Positions 38,371-47,930 of a stretch of 64,000 nt of DNA are shown here, one piece after another. This stretch comes from Myxococcota bacterium (GTDB taxonomy: Bacteria; Myxococcota_A; UBA9160; SZUA-336). The DNA lies in NCBI GenBank assembly GCA_046754285.1, contig JBHHVJ010000015.1, forward strand, positions 78 to 64,077, read 5' to 3'. Position 1 is the stretch's first letter. Every line of letters starts with the position of its first letter. Both the position numbers and the translations under genes were made by a program. The notes beneath the pieces were generated by a model that saw only the letters and a list, made by a program, of their open reading frames with translations, was not told where the DNA came from and searched no databases.

Positions 38371-39435
38371 CTAAAGCCGCTGCAGCTCGGGCAGGACCTC
38401 ACGGGCGAAGAGCCGGATGCTGCCTTCCGCATCCTCGGGGGGCATGCCGCCGTAGTTGACGATCATGTTGAGCTCGAACCCGCCGAGCAGCTCCCTTCGC
38501 TCCCGAAGCTTCTCGAGAATCATCTCCGGTGTGCCCCAGGCCTGCACGCCACAGTAGCTCGCAACGGCCGTCTCCAAGCCGACCTGCCTGAAGAGATCGG
38601 AAGCCGACGCGTAGTGCTCGTAGCCTTTCGCGTGCTTGAAGTGATCGCTCATCAGCTCGTAGTGATTCAGGATCGTGAGGAAGTAGTTCGACATGTAGCG
38701 CATGGCGAGCACCTCGGCGCGGCGTGCGTCGGCGTCGCAGAACATCAGGTCACCCGTCAGCGGCGGCGGGGGCTCGCCCCCATGCAGGTCACGGTAGACC
38801 TTCCGGTAGCTGGCCAGCGGCCCTTCCGCGAAGGCCTGCCACGGCTGCTGCGAGAAGACCATGAGCCGCGCCCCGAGCCGAGCGGCCTGCTCGACGGAGT
38901 CCGGCGACATGCCCACGCAGTAGAAGCGATCGCAAAATCCCGCAGGCGGCCGGGGGCGAATCTCCGTGCGGGGCTGCGGATAGTACGGACCCTCTCCCTC
39001 GATCACACCCGTCTCCAACGCCTCGATGATCATTCGCGAGGCCTCATCGAAACGCTCTCGGGACTCGTTCATGTCGACGCGGAAGGGCTCATACTCCACG
39101 CGCGCGAGCCCTCGACCCAACCCGAGGACCGCGCGTCCTCCGGAGAGGTGATCGAGCAGCGAGACCTTCTCCACCACTCGCAGCGGGTCGTTCCAGGGCA
39201 CGATCACCGCTCCAGTCGCGAGCCGGATCCGGCGGGTCCGGCCGGCAAGCCAGCTCAGGAGCTGGAGGTTGTCTGGGCAGGCCGCGTAGTCCGTGAAGTG
39301 GTGCTCCACGACCCAGAGCTTGTCAAAGCCCAGCGGCTCCGCGAGATCGGCGATCCGCATCTCCGCGCGGACGACGTCCTCGTCTGGCCCCTTCCCGAGA
39401 TAGTTCTGGAAGATCAGCAGCAGTCCGACATCCAT
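38371..39435 (-). CDS. LLM-class (luciferase-like) flavin/deazaflavin-dependent oxidoreductase
   Basis: Start trimmed to MDVGLLLIFQNY with RBS GGGAGG. TIM-barrel LLM motifs (FDKLWVVEHHF). 354 aa. Confidence 0.75.
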   Translation of the reverse strand: MDVGLLLIFQNYLGKGPDEDVVRAEMRIADLAEPLGFDKLWVVEHHFTDYAACPDNLQLLSWLAGRTRRIRLATGAVIVPWNDPLRVVEKVSLLDHLSGGRAVLGLGRGLARVEYEPFRVDMNESRERFDEASRMIIEALETGVIEGEGPYYPQPRTEIRPRPPAGFCDRFYCVGMSPDSVEQAARLGARLMVFSQQPWQAFAEGPLASYRKVYRDLHGGEPPPPLTGDLMFCDADARRAEVLAMRYMSNYFLTILNHYELMSDHFKHAKGYEHYASASDLFRQVGLETAVASYCGVQAWGTPEMILEKLRERRELLGGFELNMIVNYGGMPPEDAEGSIRLFAREVLPELQRL

Positions 39436-39613
39436 CTCTCGCCTCCCGCGACGCGATCGCAGCGGAGCCCCGCGTCCGTGGCTAGCTCGCCGACGTTCTA
39501 TCATGAATCCACCCTTCCCGTCAGGGGGAGAGCTTCAACCTGGCGTCCTCGGCGGCCGATCCGTGCTGTGGAGGTGCATCGCTCTCGTGTGTCGCCTCCG
39601 TCCGGAGGAAGAC

Positions 39614-41545
39614 ATGCGTGACCTGATCCATCTACTGCTTTCCCTCGTTCTTCACGCCGGCGACCCGAGCACGACAGCAGAGCTTCCCGAGGTGGGTGCG
39701 GAGCTGGCGCCCGAGGACCTCCTCTTCCAGGACGTCCCGGTGGTGATTTCCTCCACGCGCACCGAGAAATCCCTGCTGGATGTGCCCAATGCGGTCACGG
39801 TGATCACGGCCGAAGAGATCGACGCCAGCGGAGCGACGTCGCTCGGAGAGCTCCTGCAATGGGTGCCCGGCCTGGAGATCATGCGGAACTCCGTGACCGA
39901 CACGAACGTCTCCCTGCGAGGCTTCAACAACACCGCCGCCTCGAATGTGCTGGTGATGATCGATGGACGCACGAGCTACGAGGACTTCTTCGGAATCGTG
40001 CTCTGGGAGCGTCTGAATGTGACGCTTGCGGACATCGAGAGAATCGAGGTGATCCGGGGTCCGGGCTCGGCCCTCTACGGCGCCAACGCCTTCCTGGGCA
40101 CGGTGAACATCATCACGCGGAAGCCTCGCGACCTGCCGACCTCCCACGTCGTCCTGGGGGCGGGGCCGACCGGAGCCCTGGTCTCTGCCACGGGCGCCCG
40201 GAGCAGCGCACGGGCGGCTCTGAAGGGATCGGTGGAGTACCGAACCCAGGAGCACTTCCGGAACGATACGGCCGCCGGCGAGCAGGGTACACACCGTCGT
40301 GGTGACACGGGGCTGCGCGCCCTCAAGGCCAACTCGACACTGGTGCTCGCGATCGACGACGGCGCCGAGCTGCGCTTTCGGGGCGGGCTGGCCAGGCTCA
40401 GCGGCGACCTGCAGACGAGCATCGGGACCTTCCACTATCTGGGTCCACGCTACGACGCGGAGGTCGAGCTCGAGGTCGGGCGCTGGAAGCTCCAGAGCTT
40501 CCTCACACGGCTCGATCTGGATGTCGACACACTTCCGCTGACCAGCACCCTGGTCCCGACTGCCACGCCCATCCCCATCCGCGACCGGATCGAGTCGACG
40601 ACGGTGGACTTCGAGCTGCAGCGGGAGCTCTCGATCGGGAGCCACGATCTGCTTCTGGGAATGAACACCCGCCGCCTCGTCACCTCCTCGCCCGTGATCC
40701 TCGGAAGCCGTGAGGAGGAGACCCACTACGCGGCCTTCCTTCAGGACGAGTACTCGATCCGTGATTGGCTCACCGCTTATGTGGGCGCGCGGCTCGATCG
40801 GCACCCCAAGACGGGGAACAGCGTCTCACCCCGCGTGAGCCTGGTGGGGAAGCTCGGCGAGACGAGTCGCCTGCGCATCTCCTACGCCAGCTCGTTCCGG
40901 AACCCGACACAGATCCTCAACTACATCTCGCTCCAGACGCACTCCCCACCCCCCATTCCGATTCTGCTGAGTGGCAACGAGGATCTGGATCCCACCTGGG
41001 TCACGGCCTACGAGATCGGCTTCGAGCGCTACGTCGGCTCACGGCTGCGTGTGAGCGCCGATCTGTTCTACAACGTGATCGATGACTTCCAGGTCTTCGG
41101 GGTCGTCGGCTCGGGTCTGAGCTGGACCAACCAGGACCGAACGGTGAACCGAGGCGGTGAGCTGAGCCTCGAGTTCCGGCTGTGGGACTCCGTGCGCGGC
41201 TTCGCGACCTACTCCTTCCAGTCGGCCCACGGTCGCAACGAGTACGTGACGCCCCGACACAAGGCCTCGGCCGGTGTTCGCGGCCGTCTCGGCTCGCGCG
41301 TCCGCTATGCGCTCTCGGGATCGCTCGTCGGGCATACGCGCACGGAGGTGAACGCCACGGCAGGACTTCCCAATCGGACCATTCACGCCCGCTTCATGCT
41401 CGACGCCTTCCTCGGCGTCAGGCTCCACCCCCGCCTAGAGCTCGGCTTTCACGCCAGAAACCTGACTCACCAGGTCCATCGCCACTATCCCCTCGGGGAT
41501 GAGATCGGAAGCCAGCTGCTGGCCACGGCCACCTGGGAGTTCTGA
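39614..41545 (+). CDS. TonB-dependent receptor
   Basis: RBS GGAGGAAG. Signal peptide. Plug domain (VTVITAEEI, SLRGFNN, NVLVMIDGR, IEVIRGPGSALYG). Beta-barrel ending in terminal Phe (ATWEF). Confidence 0.85.
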   Translation: MRDLIHLLLSLVLHAGDPSTTAELPEVGAELAPEDLLFQDVPVVISSTRTEKSLLDVPNAVTVITAEEIDASGATSLGELLQWVPGLEIMRNSVTDTNVSLRGFNNTAASNVLVMIDGRTSYEDFFGIVLWERLNVTLADIERIEVIRGPGSALYGANAFLGTVNIITRKPRDLPTSHVVLGAGPTGALVSATGARSSARAALKGSVEYRTQEHFRNDTAAGEQGTHRRGDTGLRALKANSTLVLAIDDGAELRFRGGLARLSGDLQTSIGTFHYLGPRYDAEVELEVGRWKLQSFLTRLDLDVDTLPLTSTLVPTATPIPIRDRIESTTVDFELQRELSIGSHDLLLGMNTRRLVTSSPVILGSREEETHYAAFLQDEYSIRDWLTAYVGARLDRHPKTGNSVSPRVSLVGKLGETSRLRISYASSFRNPTQILNYISLQTHSPPPIPILLSGNEDLDPTWVTAYEIGFERYVGSRLRVSADLFYNVIDDFQVFGVVGSGLSWTNQDRTVNRGGELSLEFRLWDSVRGFATYSFQSAHGRNEYVTPRHKASAGVRGRLGSRVRYALSGSLVGHTRTEVNATAGLPNRTIHARFMLDAFLGVRLHPRLELGFHARNLTHQVHRHYPLGDEIGSQLLATATWEF

Positions 41546-41554
41546 GGCCGCATC

Positions 41555-42484
41555 TTGCCCCGAACGTACCCCGCGCTCCTGATCCTCGCTCTCGCGATCG
41601 CTCCGTCCGGAGCGAGTGCGGCGGAGCCGCTCCCGCACATCGTCGTGCTCACGACGCAGACGGCTCGGCCTTACGAGCTCGCGCTCGACGCGATCCGCAC
41701 GGAGCTGGAAGACAAGACCACGCTCACGATCGAAGCGTTGAACCCGGATCGCGCGGGGGAGGCCGAGCGAATCACGAAGCTCGCGCCCGACCTCCTGCTC
41801 ACCGTCGGGTCCCAAGCGACGATCTGGGCAGGTGAGACTGGGTCGGACGTACCGATCGTGTTCGCCATGGTGCTCAACCCCGTGTCGAGCGGGCTGGTGG
41901 AGTCGATGGCCCGACCGGGCGGGCGGATCACCGGTGCCTCCCTCGACGTCCCACTCGCCGTCCAGTTCTCGACGCTCCGAGCCCTCGTCGGAGCCGAGCG
42001 GGTGGCGGTGCTCTACGACCCGAAGGAGACGGACCTCGTCATCCGGGCCGCCCGACGAATCGCCGAACGCCAGGGGATCGAGCTGGTTCCGATTCGCGTA
42101 GAGGGACCGGCGGAGCTCGACGAAGCGCTCACGCAGCTGGATGACTCGCTCGACGCTCTCTGGTCGGTGGCCGATCGCACGATTTTCGCTCACGGCGCCG
42201 TGGAACGTGTGCTTCTGCAGACCCTCCACGAGCGCCTGCCCTTCATGGGGCTCTCCGAGCCGTACGTTCGCGCCGGTGCGCTCTTCGCCCTCACGACCTC
42301 GTTCGAGGAGAACGGGCGCCACGCAGCCGTGCTCGTCGAGCGCGTGCTGGCTGGCGAACCCCCGGCCAAGATCGCGATCGCGGTACCGGAGCAGGTCGAG
42401 ATCGTCTTCAATCCGCTGACGGCCGAGCGCATCGGCTTCGAGCGGTCCAGCGCGACCGGGCTCGCTCTGCGCGAGCTTCGCTGA
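41555..42484 (+). CDS. ABC-transporter substrate-binding-protein family (PF04392-like) periplasmic protein
   Basis: TTG start. Signal peptide ALLILALAIAPSGASAA. Periplasmic-binding fold similarity. 309 aa. Confidence 0.6.
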   Translation: MPRTYPALLILALAIAPSGASAAEPLPHIVVLTTQTARPYELALDAIRTELEDKTTLTIEALNPDRAGEAERITKLAPDLLLTVGSQATIWAGETGSDVPIVFAMVLNPVSSGLVESMARPGGRITGASLDVPLAVQFSTLRALVGAERVAVLYDPKETDLVIRAARRIAERQGIELVPIRVEGPAELDEALTQLDDSLDALWSVADRTIFAHGAVERVLLQTLHERLPFMGLSEPYVRAGALFALTTSFEENGRHAAVLVERVLAGEPPAKIAIAVPEQVEIVFNPLTAERIGFERSSATGLALRELR

Positions 42485-42572
42485 GGGATCGGTCCCCGCT
42501 CGCGTCGCGGCCGCCCGGACGGGCGCGGTCACCCTCCCGAGCGCTCGCGGGAGCACTCACCCCGAGCTCGGG

Positions 42573-43475
42573 TCAGGCAGCCGATGGAGCCAGGAGACCG
42601 AGCCACCTCCAGAGCGGCGCCCAGCACTCATTCAGAATCCCGAGCTCCAGGCAGAGCTCGCGCGGCTTGCGAAGGTTCTCTCTCACGAGCGCCTCCCCGG
42701 TCGACCCCGGACCGTAGGCCTCCCGCAAGACCGCTTCCGGAATCCCGTAGAGCTGAATCAGAGCCCGCGAGGGTCGGGTCATCAGGGCCGAGGCGACCTT
42801 GAACACCAACGCGGTCCGCAGCCGCAGCTGTGCGAGGCGGGCTGATGCGTTCGATCAGGGGATGCAGCTCGCGTCCGCTCGCGAGCATTCGACGCTGGAC
42901 CGCGTCGATCGGGTCCTCTCCGGCGAGCACGAAGAGGAAGAAGAGCTCGGGGAAGCGCCGGCCGAGGCGGATCACCTCAGCTCGCCGACACCGAGAATGC
43001 GCGGCGCGCGAACCTCAAGGCCCGTCCGCCGCACCAGCTCCTCGAACATCAACGAGTGCTGGGCCTCCTCGATGACCTCGTGATAGCAGTAACGGAGCTC
43101 GGCAGCGCCTTCGGGCAGACGGGAAGCGAACTCGAGCAGACCGCGCTTGAGAACGCTCTCGAAGCTGCGGCCGATGCGTGCAAAGCTCGCGAGCATGTGC
43201 AGCCCCAGCCGCGCTCGAATCGGCGGGGAGAGGTCGCGATACCAGGCCGTGCCTCCCAGGGGATCGTCGGGGGGGAGCTCGAAGCGCGCATCGGTGGGGT
43301 CAATCGCGTACGAGGGATCGTCCCATGGGATGTCGGCGTAGGCATCGAAGTGCCGCACCACGGACTGATGCGATAGACGCTCGAGCAGCCGCCGGTAGGC
43401 CTCCTCGGCCTTGGACTCTTGTTGCTCCTCTTCGGGCAGCTCAGCCGCCAGGATCGTCGTAGCTTCCATCGTCAC
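42573..43475 (-). pseudogene. Diiron (ferritin-like/AurF-type) oxygenase-like gene, apparently frameshifted (three successive ORFs in frames 2/0/2)
   Basis: N-terminal ORF 42972..43475 carries the diiron EXXH motif (YHEVIEEAQHSLMFEE). Protein-like continuation in frame 0 (42810..42975: FPELFFLFVLAGEDPIDAVQRRMLASG...) and again in frame 2 (42573..42809: LIQLYGIPEAVLREAYG...). Implies two indels or a genuine pseudogene. Confidence 0.45.
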
Positions 43476-44043
43476 TCCTTGGGTCGGGGCTTGGGGATGA
43501 CGGGTCCTGAAGCCGTGCCTCGAAGCTCCGGGCGAGGTCGGGATCTAGACGAATGATCACCATGAAGGCCGTGAGGCGGCGCAGCTCGGCAAAGGCCTCC
43601 TCCAGGGGGATCGAGCCGGGATCCACCCGGCGCCCGAGTGCCAGGCCGTCGAGAAGCGCGAGGATGATCGCGGCTACCAGCTCGGCTCCCGGAAGGTCGA
43701 CGCCCAGCGCTTCGCGCATCCCGCGCGCGGGCAACGAGCGCGCCCGCTCGAGCAGCGAGCGCAGCGTGGCCCGCACCTCCGGACGCTCCTCGGCGACCTC
43801 CAGCGCGAGGAGCTGGAGGAGCTTGAGGATCCAGGGGTGCTCCTCGAGCAGGGCGCGCATGCCCGCGAGCGCACGATCCAGCCGCTCCAGCGGGTCTCCG
43901 CCCGAGCGCGCGGCCTCGTGGATGCCATCGATCCAAGCGTGAGCCGCCCGGTCGAGCACGGCAGCCAGCAGACCTTCCTTGCTGCCAAAATGGTAGTAGA
44001 GCGCGGTCTTGGCCAGGCCGGCTCGCTCGGAGACGCGATCCAC
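43441..44043 (-). CDS. TetR/AcrR family transcriptional regulator
   Basis: TetR C-terminal ligand domain and part of the HTH (VDRVSERAGLAKTALYYHFGSKEGLL). The canonical HTH helix 1 (RERILDAATELFAPRGYAATG) is encoded in-frame upstream (to about 44160) but without ATG/GTG/TTG. Overlaps the start of the diiron gene. Confidence 0.75.
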   Translation of the reverse strand: MDRVSERAGLAKTALYYHFGSKEGLLAAVLDRAAHAWIDGIHEAARSGGDPLERLDRALAGMRALLEEHPWILKLLQLLALEVAEERPEVRATLRSLLERARSLPARGMREALGVDLPGAELVAAIILALLDGLALGRRVDPGSIPLEEAFAELRRLTAFMVIIRLDPDLARSFEARLQDPSSPSPDPRSDDGSYDDPGG

Positions 44044-44164
44044 CCCCGTGGCGGCATAGCCCCGCGGCGCGAAAAGCTCCGTGGCCGCATCCAGAATTCG
44101 CTCGCGACTGAGTCGACTCCGGCTGGTCCGGGAGCCGCGCTTTCCCGATGCGGGCGTCGGGTCT

Positions 44165-44215
44165 GCGTCGGTTATGTACGTACTAGTCTGTATATACTAG
44201 GCAGGGAAAGTCAAG
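44165..44215. promoter_or_regulatory. AT-rich divergent promoter/operator region between TetR and PEBP genes (GTACGTAC palindrome, TACTAG x2)
   Basis: ggttatGTACGTACTAGtctgtataTACTAGg. A rare AT-rich island in a 70% GC context, upstream of both divergent genes. Confidence 0.45.
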
Positions 44216-44269
44216 GGCTCGCCCGCGCCCCACTCGACGCCACGGTCCAAAACGGGGACGCTCTCGAAC

Positions 44270-44812
44270 GTGCTCCGTCTTCTGGGCAGCCCGGTCCTGC
44301 TCCTGGCAGCCGCGTCCGTCACCGCGGATGTTGGGGCGCTCGAGCTGCGCTCAAGCGCCTTCGAGCCAGGGGGCGAGATCCCCCGGCGCTACACCTGTGA
44401 GGGGCGGGATGTCTCCCCTCCCCTGGCCTGGACGGAGGCGCCGGAGGGAGCCCGGAGCTACGCGCTGATCGTCGAGGATCCCGACGTGCCCGATCCCCGT
44501 GCCCCGCGACGTCGCTGGGTCCACTGGGTGGTCTACGACCTTCCCGCCGGCACACATGAGCTGTCCGAAGGGGCCGGGGTCGGAGAGCTGCCCGCCGGGG
44601 CCCGCCCGGGACGGAACGACTGGGGACGTCTGGATTACGGCGGGCCCTGCCCACCGATCGGCCGTCATCGCTACTTCCACACGCTCTACGCGCTCGACAC
44701 GAGGCTGGACCCATTGCCAGAACCGACCAAGGCGGAGCTCGAGAAGGCCATGAAGGGACACGTCCTCGAACGCAGCGAGCTGATCGGGACCTATCAGAAG
44801 CAGAAGCCCTGA
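44270..44812 (+). CDS. YbhB/YbcL (PEBP/Raf-kinase-inhibitor-like) family protein
   Basis: GTG start. Signal peptide. PEBP motifs (YTCEGRDVSPPLAW, HRYFHTLYALD). Confidence 0.8.
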   Translation: MLRLLGSPVLLLAAASVTADVGALELRSSAFEPGGEIPRRYTCEGRDVSPPLAWTEAPEGARSYALIVEDPDVPDPRAPRRRWVHWVVYDLPAGTHELSEGAGVGELPAGARPGRNDWGRLDYGGPCPPIGRHRYFHTLYALDTRLDPLPEPTKAELEKAMKGHVLERSELIGTYQKQKP

Positions 44813-44857
44813 GGGCTCGCCCCGCAGCGTCGATCGCCACGGCTATACTCGCCCGCG

Positions 44858-46006
44858 ATGCGCAAGTGGCTCCTCTGGTCCCTCTTCGTGGCCGCGGCCT
44901 CTGCGCTCGCCTTGAGAGCCACTGTCTTCGCGCCGGAGCCGGTGCCCGTGCGGGCGGTGCCCGCAGAGCGCGGCCGGGTGGAGGCGACGGTGACGAACAC
45001 CAAGGCGGGCACCGTGCGCGCCCGACGCCGGGCTCAGCTCAGCGCCGAGATCGGCGGCCGCGTCGTCGAGATCCTGCACCGCGAGGGCGAGCAGGTCGAG
45101 GCCGGTGAGCCCCTGCTGCGCCTCGACAACACGATCCAGCGCGCGCGCGTGCGGCTCGCGCGAGAGAGCCTGCGCGTTGCGGAGTCGGCGCGCCATCAGG
45201 CGTGCGTCACGCGGGACCGCGCACGGCGAGAGCTGGAGCGCAAGCGCCAGCTCGCCGACAAGCGGATCGTCTCGGCCGATCTGCTCGATCAGCTCGAGAG
45301 CGCCTACGAGTCGGCCCGGGCCTCCTGCCGCGCGAAGAGCGCGGAGGTGGAGCGGGCCCGCGCGCAGATCGCGCTCGCCGAGGCCGAGCTGGAGAAGACC
45401 GTGATCCGGGCGCCTTTCGCCGGCGTCATCGCGGAGGTCAGCGTGGAGGTCGGCGAGTGGATCACGCCCTCCCCACCTCTGCTCTCGGCGCCCCCCGTCG
45501 TCGATGTGCTCGACCGCAGCTCGCTCTACATCAGCGCACCCATGGACGAGGTCGACTCCGCCGCGATCCGCGTGGGCCAGCCCTGCAAGATCACGATCGA
45601 CTCCCGTCCCGGGAAGCAGTTCCGCGGACAGGTCGTGCGCGTCGCGCCCTACGTGCTCGACATCGAGGCACAGAACCGCACCGTGGAGATCGAGGTCGAG
45701 CTCGACGACTCGGAATCGGTGACGAGCTTGCTACCGGGCACCTCCGCCGACGTCGAGGTGGTGCTGGAGGTCCACGAGAACGTGTTGCGCGTTCCGACGG
45801 CCTCCCTGCTGGAGGGCCGACGCGTTCTCGTCGTCGAAGAGGATCGCCTCATCGAGCGCGAGGCCCATGTGGGGCTGCGAAACTGGGACTGGACCGAGGT
45901 GCTCGAGGGCGTCGAGGCGGGAGAGCTCGTCGTCACCTCGCTGGATCGGGTGGAGGTCAAGCCGGGCGCCCGCGTCCGCATCGAGGAACCCGAGGACGGA
46001 CCGTGA
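44858..46006 (+). CDS. Efflux RND/MacA-type periplasmic adaptor subunit (HlyD family)
   Basis: Signal anchor. Coiled-coil region. Beta-barrel/MP domain motifs (VIRAPFAGVIAEVSVEVGEWI). A -10-like TATACT lies 12 nt upstream of the ATG. Confidence 0.8.
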   Translation: MRKWLLWSLFVAAASALALRATVFAPEPVPVRAVPAERGRVEATVTNTKAGTVRARRRAQLSAEIGGRVVEILHREGEQVEAGEPLLRLDNTIQRARVRLARESLRVAESARHQACVTRDRARRELERKRQLADKRIVSADLLDQLESAYESARASCRAKSAEVERARAQIALAEAELEKTVIRAPFAGVIAEVSVEVGEWITPSPPLLSAPPVVDVLDRSSLYISAPMDEVDSAAIRVGQPCKITIDSRPGKQFRGQVVRVAPYVLDIEAQNRTVEIEVELDDSESVTSLLPGTSADVEVVLEVHENVLRVPTASLLEGRRVLVVEEDRLIEREAHVGLRNWDWTEVLEGVEAGELVVTSLDRVEVKPGARVRIEEPEDGP

Positions 46007-46728
46007 TCGAGCTCGAGCATGTGTTCCGGACCTACGTGCTGGGTGGGGAGCCGATCCATGCGCTCTACGATGTCAGCGAGCGGATCGACGCCGGGGACTA
46101 CGTGGCCGTGATGGGTCCGTCGGGCTCCGGAAAGTCCACGATGCTCAACATCCTGGGCTGCCTCGACCGTCCCAGCCAGGGGATCTACCGCCTTGACGGC
46201 CAGGAGGTCGGCTCGCTCTCCGAGGAGGAGCTCTCGCAGATCCGACGCCACAAGATCGGCTTCGTCTTCCAGACCTTCCACCTCGTTCCGAGGCTCGACG
46301 CAGCCGAGAACGTGGCCTTTCCGATGGTCTTCGCGGGCGTTCCGCGCCCGGAGCGGCAGGCCCGCGTCGAGGAGGCGCTCAAAGCCGTGGGCCTGCGGGA
46401 GCGCGCGCAGCATCGCCCGGCCGAGCTCTCGGGCGGCGAGCGGCAGCGCGTCGCGATCGCCCGTGCCACGGTGATGAGGCCCCGTCTGCTGCTCGCCGAC
46501 GAGCCCACGGGCAACCTGGACAGCGCAGCGGGACGTCAGGTGCTGGAGCTCCTCGAACGCATGCACGGTGAGGGTCTCACGCTGATCGTCGTGACACACG
46601 ATCCGTCAGTGGCCGGGCGCGCGCGGCGCGTGCTGAGAATGCGCGACGGGCGGATCACCGCGCGGCTGAGCGGCCGCGAGCTGCAGACCCCCGCGCCAAT
46701 CCCCCAAGCTGTGGAGCCGGAGGCTTGA
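46003..46728 (+). CDS. ABC transporter ATP-binding protein (MacB/LolD-type)
   Basis: GTG start overlaps the adaptor stop (GTGA). Walker [10 protein letters not shown]. Signature [14 protein letters not shown]. Walker [13 protein letters not shown]. Confidence 0.85.
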   Translation: MIELEHVFRTYVLGGEPIHALYDVSERIDAGDYVAVMGPSGSGKSTMLNILGCLDRPSQGIYRLDGQEVGSLSEEELSQIRRHKIGFVFQTFHLVPRLDAAENVAFPMVFAGVPRPERQARVEEALKAVGLRERAQHRPAELSGGERQRVAIARATVMRPRLLLADEPTGNLDSAAGRQVLELLERMHGEGLTLIVVTHDPSVAGRARRVLRMRDGRITARLSGRELQTPAPIPQAVEPEA

Positions 46729-47927
46729 GACCCGAGGATCTGGCGGGCTTCGCCGTCACGGCGCTGCTGCGTCACCGCGTACGCACGGCGCTCAGCCTCG
46801 TCGGTGTGGCCATCGGTGTCGCGGCGGTGGTGCTGCTCACCGGCCTCGGAGAGGGCGCGCGCGGCTTCGTGCTGGATGAGTTCGCCTCGCTCGGAAGCAA
46901 CCTGCTGGTGCTGATCCCCGGCAAGAACGAGACGACCGGCGCCTACCCGGGTGTCGGGGGCGTCCCCCACGACCTCACGCTCGCGGACGCCCGCGCGCTC
47001 CAGCGGGCGCTTCCCCAGATTCGCGCACTCGCACCGCTCTCGATGGGCAACGAGACGGTCTCCCACCACGACCGGCACCGGCAGGTCATGGTGCTGGGAT
47101 CGACGCCGGAGTTCCTCGAGGTCCGCCAGCTGCGCGTAGCGTACGGAAGCTTCCTGCCGCCGGGCGACATCGAGCGCGGCTCCCAGGTCGCGGTGCTCGG
47201 TGCGACGGTGGCCCGCGAGCTATTCGGGAATGAACCCGCAGTGGGACATGTCGTGCGCATTGGCGACTGGCGCACGCGCGTGATCGGCGTGCTCGAACGC
47301 AAGGGCACCCAGATCGGACTGAACCTCGACGATCTCGTGCTCGTACCGGTGGCCACGGGGATGCGCCTCTTCGACCGACGCTCGCTCTTCCGGATCCTGA
47401 TCAAGCTTCGCGCCCACGAGGAGATCGCGTCCACCTGTCCGCGCGCGCTCGAGATCTTGCGCGAGCGACATGGCGAGGAGGACGTCACCTGCGTCACCCA
47501 GGAGTCGGTGATTTCGTCGCTCTCCTCGATCTTGCGCGTCCTGACGCTGGGGCTCGTCGGCATCGCCGCCATCTCGCTCTCGGTGGCGGGGATCGGGATC
47601 ATGAACCTGATGCTCGTCTCGGTCTCGGAGCGCACCCACGAGATCGGCCTGCTCAAGGCCGTCGGGGCGAGCCGACGCCAGGTGCTTGCGGTCTTCCTCG
47701 CAGAGGCTGTGTTCCTCGCCAGTGCCGGCGGCCTCTTGGGGCTCGCCGTCGGTGGGTTGGGCACCCAGCTGATCGCCTGGCTCTATCCGAACTTCCCGGT
47801 CACTGTACCGGCCTGGGCTCTCTGGGCGGCGCTCGCGACCTCGTTCGTCGTCGGGGCCCTATTCGGCGTCCTGCCCGCGCGTCGGGCCACGCAGCTCGAT
47901 CCAGTCGACGCCCTGAGCGGGAGGTGA
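46725..47927 (+). CDS. ABC transporter permease (FtsX/MacB-type, periplasmic domain + 4 TM)
   Basis: MacB-like permease fold. 4-nt overlap with the ATPase gene. Confidence 0.8.
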   Translation: MRPEDLAGFAVTALLRHRVRTALSLVGVAIGVAAVVLLTGLGEGARGFVLDEFASLGSNLLVLIPGKNETTGAYPGVGGVPHDLTLADARALQRALPQIRALAPLSMGNETVSHHDRHRQVMVLGSTPEFLEVRQLRVAYGSFLPPGDIERGSQVAVLGATVARELFGNEPAVGHVVRIGDWRTRVIGVLERKGTQIGLNLDDLVLVPVATGMRLFDRRSLFRILIKLRAHEEIASTCPRALEILRERHGEEDVTCVTQESVISSLSSILRVLTLGLVGIAAISLSVAGIGIMNLMLVSVSERTHEIGLLKAVGASRRQVLAVFLAEAVFLASAGGLLGLAVGGLGTQLIAWLYPNFPVTVPAWALWAALATSFVVGALFGVLPARRATQLDPVDALSGR

Positions 47928-47930
47928 CGG

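Noticed and set aside
41435-42556. 373-aa minus-strand ORF
   Set aside because: Antisense to the TonB receptor 3' end and the substrate-binding protein gene. No domain features.
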